Positions 7,225 to 10,886 of a DNA stretch of 10,886 nucleotides are shown here, one piece after another. Position numbers and translations under genes: made by a program. Position 1 is the stretch's first letter. Each line of letters begins with the position of its first letter. Origin of the DNA: Candidatus Heimdallarchaeota archaeon (GTDB taxonomy: Archaea > Asgardarchaeota > Heimdallarchaeia > Heimdallarchaeales > Heimdallarchaeaceae); NCBI GenBank assembly GCA_019057375.1, contig DXJF01000138.1, positions 1 to 10,886 of the forward strand, given 5' to 3'. The notes beneath the pieces were generated by a model. That model saw only the letters and a program-made list of their open reading frames with translations. It did no database searches and was not told where the DNA came from.

Positions 7225-8754
7225 TCAATCGTTTGTACGATTTTTTCTTCTAGAAATAATAGAATGAAATGTTAAGATACATAGTGAAAAGATAATAATT
7301 ACTGTTGAAAATGATATCTTGTTTGTTTTTGTTGGTTCAGAACCTAGGGGGTAGATATCAACTGATTGAGCAGTACCATCTATATAATAATCTCCTTCTC
7401 CTTCATAGTCCATCCACATATTTCCTTCCTTTAGAGTAGAATCAAACCAAGTGTTATTGGTTCCTGAATCATAAGCTTGGCTGTTTCCACCAAGGTTGTT
7501 ATTGTAAAATTCATTGTGATGAATAACATTATTAGATGATTGTACATCAAACTGGATACCATATCCAGTATTTTCATGTATATAATTGCTGACGAAGTTG
7601 GAATCATCTACATTGTCACAGAATATTCCTATTCCTTCAGTCCTAGCAATATAATTGTGACTCATGAAAATATCTAAACATGATGCAATATATACACCTT
7701 GAAAATGAGCACCTATAATATCGTTATTCATGAAAACGATTTTTGAAACAAAATGAAGTAGAACGCTTTGATATGTGCTATCAGAGAAGTTATTGTAAAT
7801 GCAAGTAAAATATTCACATGATTCAACAAATAAATTGTACTGAGAACTTGATGTACAAGTATTTTTAGAGAAAACATTATTGTTAGAATTTGATTCAAGC
7901 TTAATTCCTATATCTGTGATCGTTATGGTATTGTTGTAAATAAAATTATTAGAGCTCTCAGAAAAATAAATACTGTCTTCAGTTATAACTCCCTCAATAA
8001 TGTTTGATGTTATCTCTGAATAATCAGTTTCGTAAAAACTTACACCTCTCTGAACGTCCATATAATTGTTTGATATTGTTACGTATGTACATCCAAATAC
8101 GCATCTCACACCTTCAGTACTTTCAAGTATATTATCGTAGAAATCAATATAATCGGAACCTACACAAGCCAACCCAGTTAAACAAGCTTCAAGTTCATTG
8201 TCAGAAATCTCAATATCCTCACTCCACCAAATATCTATTGCAGGTTGGCAATAGCGAAGGATATTGTTTTTAATGACAATCCCGTCGGAATGTAATATTC
8301 TGATACCTCTGTTAAATTCATAATCGAAATCAATAGTAGTTTCTGTTATTTTTCCCGTTCCGCTTGCAATATCTTCCAATATTATACCATTGCTGTTATC
8401 TGAAGTTATGGTGATATTTGTAATCCTAAAATGCTTCGTAGTATTCTGAATGTAAATCGAAGCAGCTGTTGGAGATAATTCTGAAAAATTCATATCTTGT
8501 ATAAGGTAAGGATTCTCAGTTGTTCCATTTCCTAGGAATCCATAATCAACAAAATCAGAATCCTCATTGATATAGATATATGAAAAAGACGAAAGATTCA
8601 TTTCATATGTTAAAGCTTGAATATTATTTGGCAGGTTGGAGAAATTTTCAGAACTATGTAATAAAATTGAAAGAATCAAAACCAGAATCATAAGTTCTTT
8701 TTTCTTAAATCCCCTTGTTCTGTTCATTCTCTCATTAATAATATGATTGTTCAA
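7225..8754 (-). CDS. Secreted/surface right-handed parallel beta-helix (NosD/pectin-lyase-like) protein with C-terminal membrane anchor
   Basis: N-terminal basic residues followed by a hydrophobic signal ('KKKELMILVLILSILL'), 'GNGTTENPYLI' motif, many Asn/Ile-rich beta-helix rungs ('I.NN.I', 'GI.L'), and a C-terminal TM helix followed by RRKNR. The start is TTG 8754 or ATG 8727. Confidence 0.8.
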   Translation of the reverse strand: MNNHIINERMNRTRGFKKKELMILVLILSILLHSSENFSNLPNNIQALTYEMNLSSFSYIYINEDSDFVDYGFLGNGTTENPYLIQDMNFSELSPTAASIYIQNTTKHFRITNITITSDNSNGIILEDIASGTGKITETTIDFDYEFNRGIRILHSDGIVIKNNILRYCQPAIDIWWSEDIEISDNELEACLTGLACVGSDYIDFYDNILESTEGVRCVFGCTYVTISNNYMDVQRGVSFYETDYSEITSNIIEGVITEDSIYFSESSNNFIYNNTITITDIGIKLESNSNNNVFSKNTCTSSSQYNLFVESCEYFTCIYNNFSDSTYQSVLLHFVSKIVFMNNDIIGAHFQGVYIASCLDIFMSHNYIARTEGIGIFCDNVDDSNFVSNYIHENTGYGIQFDVQSSNNVIHHNEFYNNNLGGNSQAYDSGTNNTWFDSTLKEGNMWMDYEGEGDYYIDGTAQSVDIYPLGSEPTKTNKISFSTVIIIFSLCILTFHSIISRRKNRTND

Positions 8755-8782
8755 TTAATAAATCCTATTCACATTTTTTTAA

Positions 8783-9826
8783 CTATTCAGAAAGAAGCTC
8801 TTCAACAATTTTTCTCTCGAATTCATAAACTGGTTCGCTCTGCCAGATCTTATGTCCCAAAATTTCATTAATTCTATGCATGTATTTGTTACTCTGAGCA
8901 CTGCTTGTTCTCCAATACTTTGCTTTAGTTTCTTTCAGTAGAGTTAATAGTGATAGATATTTTATAGCCAATCCCAAACCATTTCCTCTGTGCTCAGGAA
9001 TTATCCCTGTTTCATCTTGCCATGCAATTGCAGGTTGATATTTGTTTATTGCAAATGTTGTATATCCAACTGGTTTCTCTGTCTCTTCATGCACTGCTAC
9101 AAACGAGATATACTTCTGTCCAGTTTTTTTATTTCTTTCCTGAATTGCTTGATAACGTTCTACAGTGATATTCATATCCTCTTCTGTTAGATCTTCTCTT
9201 GGCATGTCATTCCAAACTTGTTCAACAATTTTCACAAACCCCTCTTCATCAAAATGGGACTTGTAATCTCCATCATCAACTCGAACAATTCTATAACCAT
9301 TACTTAGTGCATGTTCTCTTTGCTTCTTCGCTTCTTTTTCAACATCCTTGAGAACAGCTTCTTCCAAATCAACTATTATAATGACTTCTTCATAGCTGTG
9401 TTTTTCATTAAATTTCTGTAGGAAATGTTCCCCTGGAGAATGCTTAGGTGAATCAGCTCCAACCTTCTTGATTTCTTTGGGTAAAACTTTTACCATTTCT
9501 TTGAGAATTCTTGAGCCTACTCCCTTCCTTCTTTCTTTTGGAATAACATATAATCTGAACCATGATCTGTCTAAATTCTCATACATAGTATTCCAAAATA
9601 TAACGCCAAAACCAATCACTAAGTTATTTTCATTAACCGCTATTGCTTTCATTTTAGCAGAACCCTTCTCACGAGGTATGATCCAAAAATTTCTGTAATA
9701 ATCTAATGAAGGTGCGAGAAAACCATTCCATTCTTCTTCACATTGTTGCCTTAAAGCGAAATACTGCTCATGAAATTTTTCAGGAATATCTTCGTTTTGT
9801 CCAATGTAAATCTGGATAGAAGGCAT
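8783..9826 (-). CDS. Tandem-domain GNAT family N-acetyltransferase
   Basis: Two acetyl-CoA-binding motif A copies, 'VIPKERRKGVGSRIL' and 'GIIPEHRGNGLGLAIK', plus C-terminal 'SNKYMHRINEILG'. Confidence 0.85.
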   Translation of the reverse strand: MPSIQIYIGQNEDIPEKFHEQYFALRQQCEEEWNGFLAPSLDYYRNFWIIPREKGSAKMKAIAVNENNLVIGFGVIFWNTMYENLDRSWFRLYVIPKERRKGVGSRILKEMVKVLPKEIKKVGADSPKHSPGEHFLQKFNEKHSYEEVIIIVDLEEAVLKDVEKEAKKQREHALSNGYRIVRVDDGDYKSHFDEEGFVKIVEQVWNDMPREDLTEEDMNITVERYQAIQERNKKTGQKYISFVAVHEETEKPVGYTTFAINKYQPAIAWQDETGIIPEHRGNGLGLAIKYLSLLTLLKETKAKYWRTSSAQSNKYMHRINEILGHKIWQSEPVYEFERKIVEELLSE

Positions 9827-9948
9827 AATATTTCACTTAAGAAGAAAACAGAATATTGGTATATTAAAATTTATGATTTAGAATAAAAACAATTCATTAA
9901 GACTAAAGAAAGAAATAAATTGGGATTCTTTTAGAATTTCTCTTATTT

Positions 9949-10740
9949 TCAATCTATTTTGAATCCATGTCTTCTTATCACATCAATCAAAGGCTCTCTT
10001 CCAAATCCTCTTCTAATCATCTTTCTAGATATATGTTCTGACCAAGAGTATTTATCATAGTCAATTTCGTCTTTATGTCCTTCAGGTAGAGGAATTTTTG
10101 CCTTGTTCTTGATGTAATAGCCTTGAGTAATATATCCTTCATCCATCTCCTTCATGCATTCTCCTAATTCAATTTCAGTAAGATCTTTGTAGGAATCCTC
10201 AAAAGCACTGTGTTTCAGCGGAAATCTTGGTCGTATTTCTGTCGCCTCTGAAGGATCTGGATATCCTAAGCATAAACCAACAACGGGAAAGACTCTTTGA
10301 GGTAAATTAAAGACTTCTGCAACTGAATCTGCTCTCTGAGGAATTACACCTAGTAAAACAGACCCCAAACCTAGTGAATCAGCCGTTAAGATGACATTTT
10401 CAATTACTAAAGTTACATCTTGCACTCCTAACCATAAAGCCATTGAATCATCAAATCCATATTCATGACCTCGAAGATTCATTATTTTTTCCATACGCTT
10501 TAAGTCAATTAAGAATATCATTAGAACTTTAGTTGTAGGATAAATTCCAACTCCCTTGATTTCCTTCATTTTAGTTTTATCCGAAGTATAAACAATACTA
10601 CAAACTTGAAAAGCAAAAGGAGCTCTAAAACCTGCTTTTAGAATTCTCTCCAGTTCCTCTTTTTGAATTTCTTTATCAGAGAATTTTCTGATAGACCTTC
10701 TCCGATGCATAACTTTGAAAATATCTGATTCTATTGCCAT
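9949..10740 (-). CDS. Nitroreductase family flavoprotein (NfsA/FRP-like)
   Basis: FMN-binding 'RRRSIRKF', 'ILKAGFRAP', 'DVTLVIENVILTADSLGLGSVLLG', 'PVVGLCLGYP' and 'RPRFP', plus the C-terminal extension seen in NfsA-type enzymes. Confidence 0.88.
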   Translation of the reverse strand: MAIESDIFKVMHRRRSIRKFSDKEIQKEELERILKAGFRAPFAFQVCSIVYTSDKTKMKEIKGVGIYPTTKVLMIFLIDLKRMEKIMNLRGHEYGFDDSMALWLGVQDVTLVIENVILTADSLGLGSVLLGVIPQRADSVAEVFNLPQRVFPVVGLCLGYPDPSEATEIRPRFPLKHSAFEDSYKDLTEIELGECMKEMDEGYITQGYYIKNKAKIPLPEGHKDEIDYDKYSWSEHISRKMIRRGFGREPLIDVIRRHGFKID

Positions 10741-10807
10741 ATTACAACCACAATTAACTTTTAAACAGTATTATAGTTATCAATTAAAAGATTTATGTGA
10801 GAGTTTT

Positions 10808-10886
10808 CAAAAAGATAGCAAGCAAAAAGATAGCAAGCAAAAAGATAGCAAGCAAAAAGATAGCAAGCAAAAAGATAGCAAGCAAA
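10808..10886. repeat. Perfect 15-bp tandem repeat (CAAAAAGATAGCAAG) x5 plus 4 nt, truncated by the window end
   Basis: Identical units start at 10808, 10823, 10838, 10853 and 10868, with a partial unit at 10883. There are no spacers. Confidence 0.97.

Noticed and set aside
7225-8754. Assigning nosD (nitrous-oxide reductase maturation)
   Set aside because: Only the generic beta-helix fold is supported, and there is no nosZ/F/Y context.
6651-9698. Plus-strand ORFs 6651-6848, 8004-8273, 8990-9190 and 9468-9698
   Set aside because: These are short antisense shadows of cdr, the beta-helix gene and the GNAT.
10758-10790. CTTTTAA...TTAAAAG inverted repeat upstream of the nitroreductase
   Set aside because: It is low-complexity AT sequence that is explained by TATA-like elements.
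10808-10886. Terminal repeat as a CRISPR array
   Set aside because: The units are directly adjacent with no unique spacers.

Overview
AT-rich (roughly one-third GC by eye), gene-dense prokaryotic window that looks archaeal. It has TATA/BRE-like promoters, GTGA(T)-type ribosome-binding motifs and several TTG/GTG starts. The wHTH regulator, beta-helix surface protein and tandem GNAT resemble families I associate with Asgard (Heimdallarchaeia-like) genomes; this taxonomy is an inference. Genes in order: 5' part of a saccharopine/lysine dehydrogenase (not in the ORF track); a DHA3/MefA-like MFS exporter divergent from a wHTH regulator and a VOC/glyoxalase protein, with twin palindromic operators between them; an ERG4/ERG24/LBR/DHCR7-family sterol reductase followed by a QW-motif (squalene-cyclase/prenyltransferase-fold) protein; a CoA-disulfide reductase-rhodanese fusion; a secreted, membrane-anchored parallel beta-helix protein; a tandem GNAT; an NfsA-like nitroreductase; and a perfect 15-bp tandem repeat running off the right edge. 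The most striking item is the sterol reductase next to a terpene-cyclase-fold gene in an apparently archaeal context.
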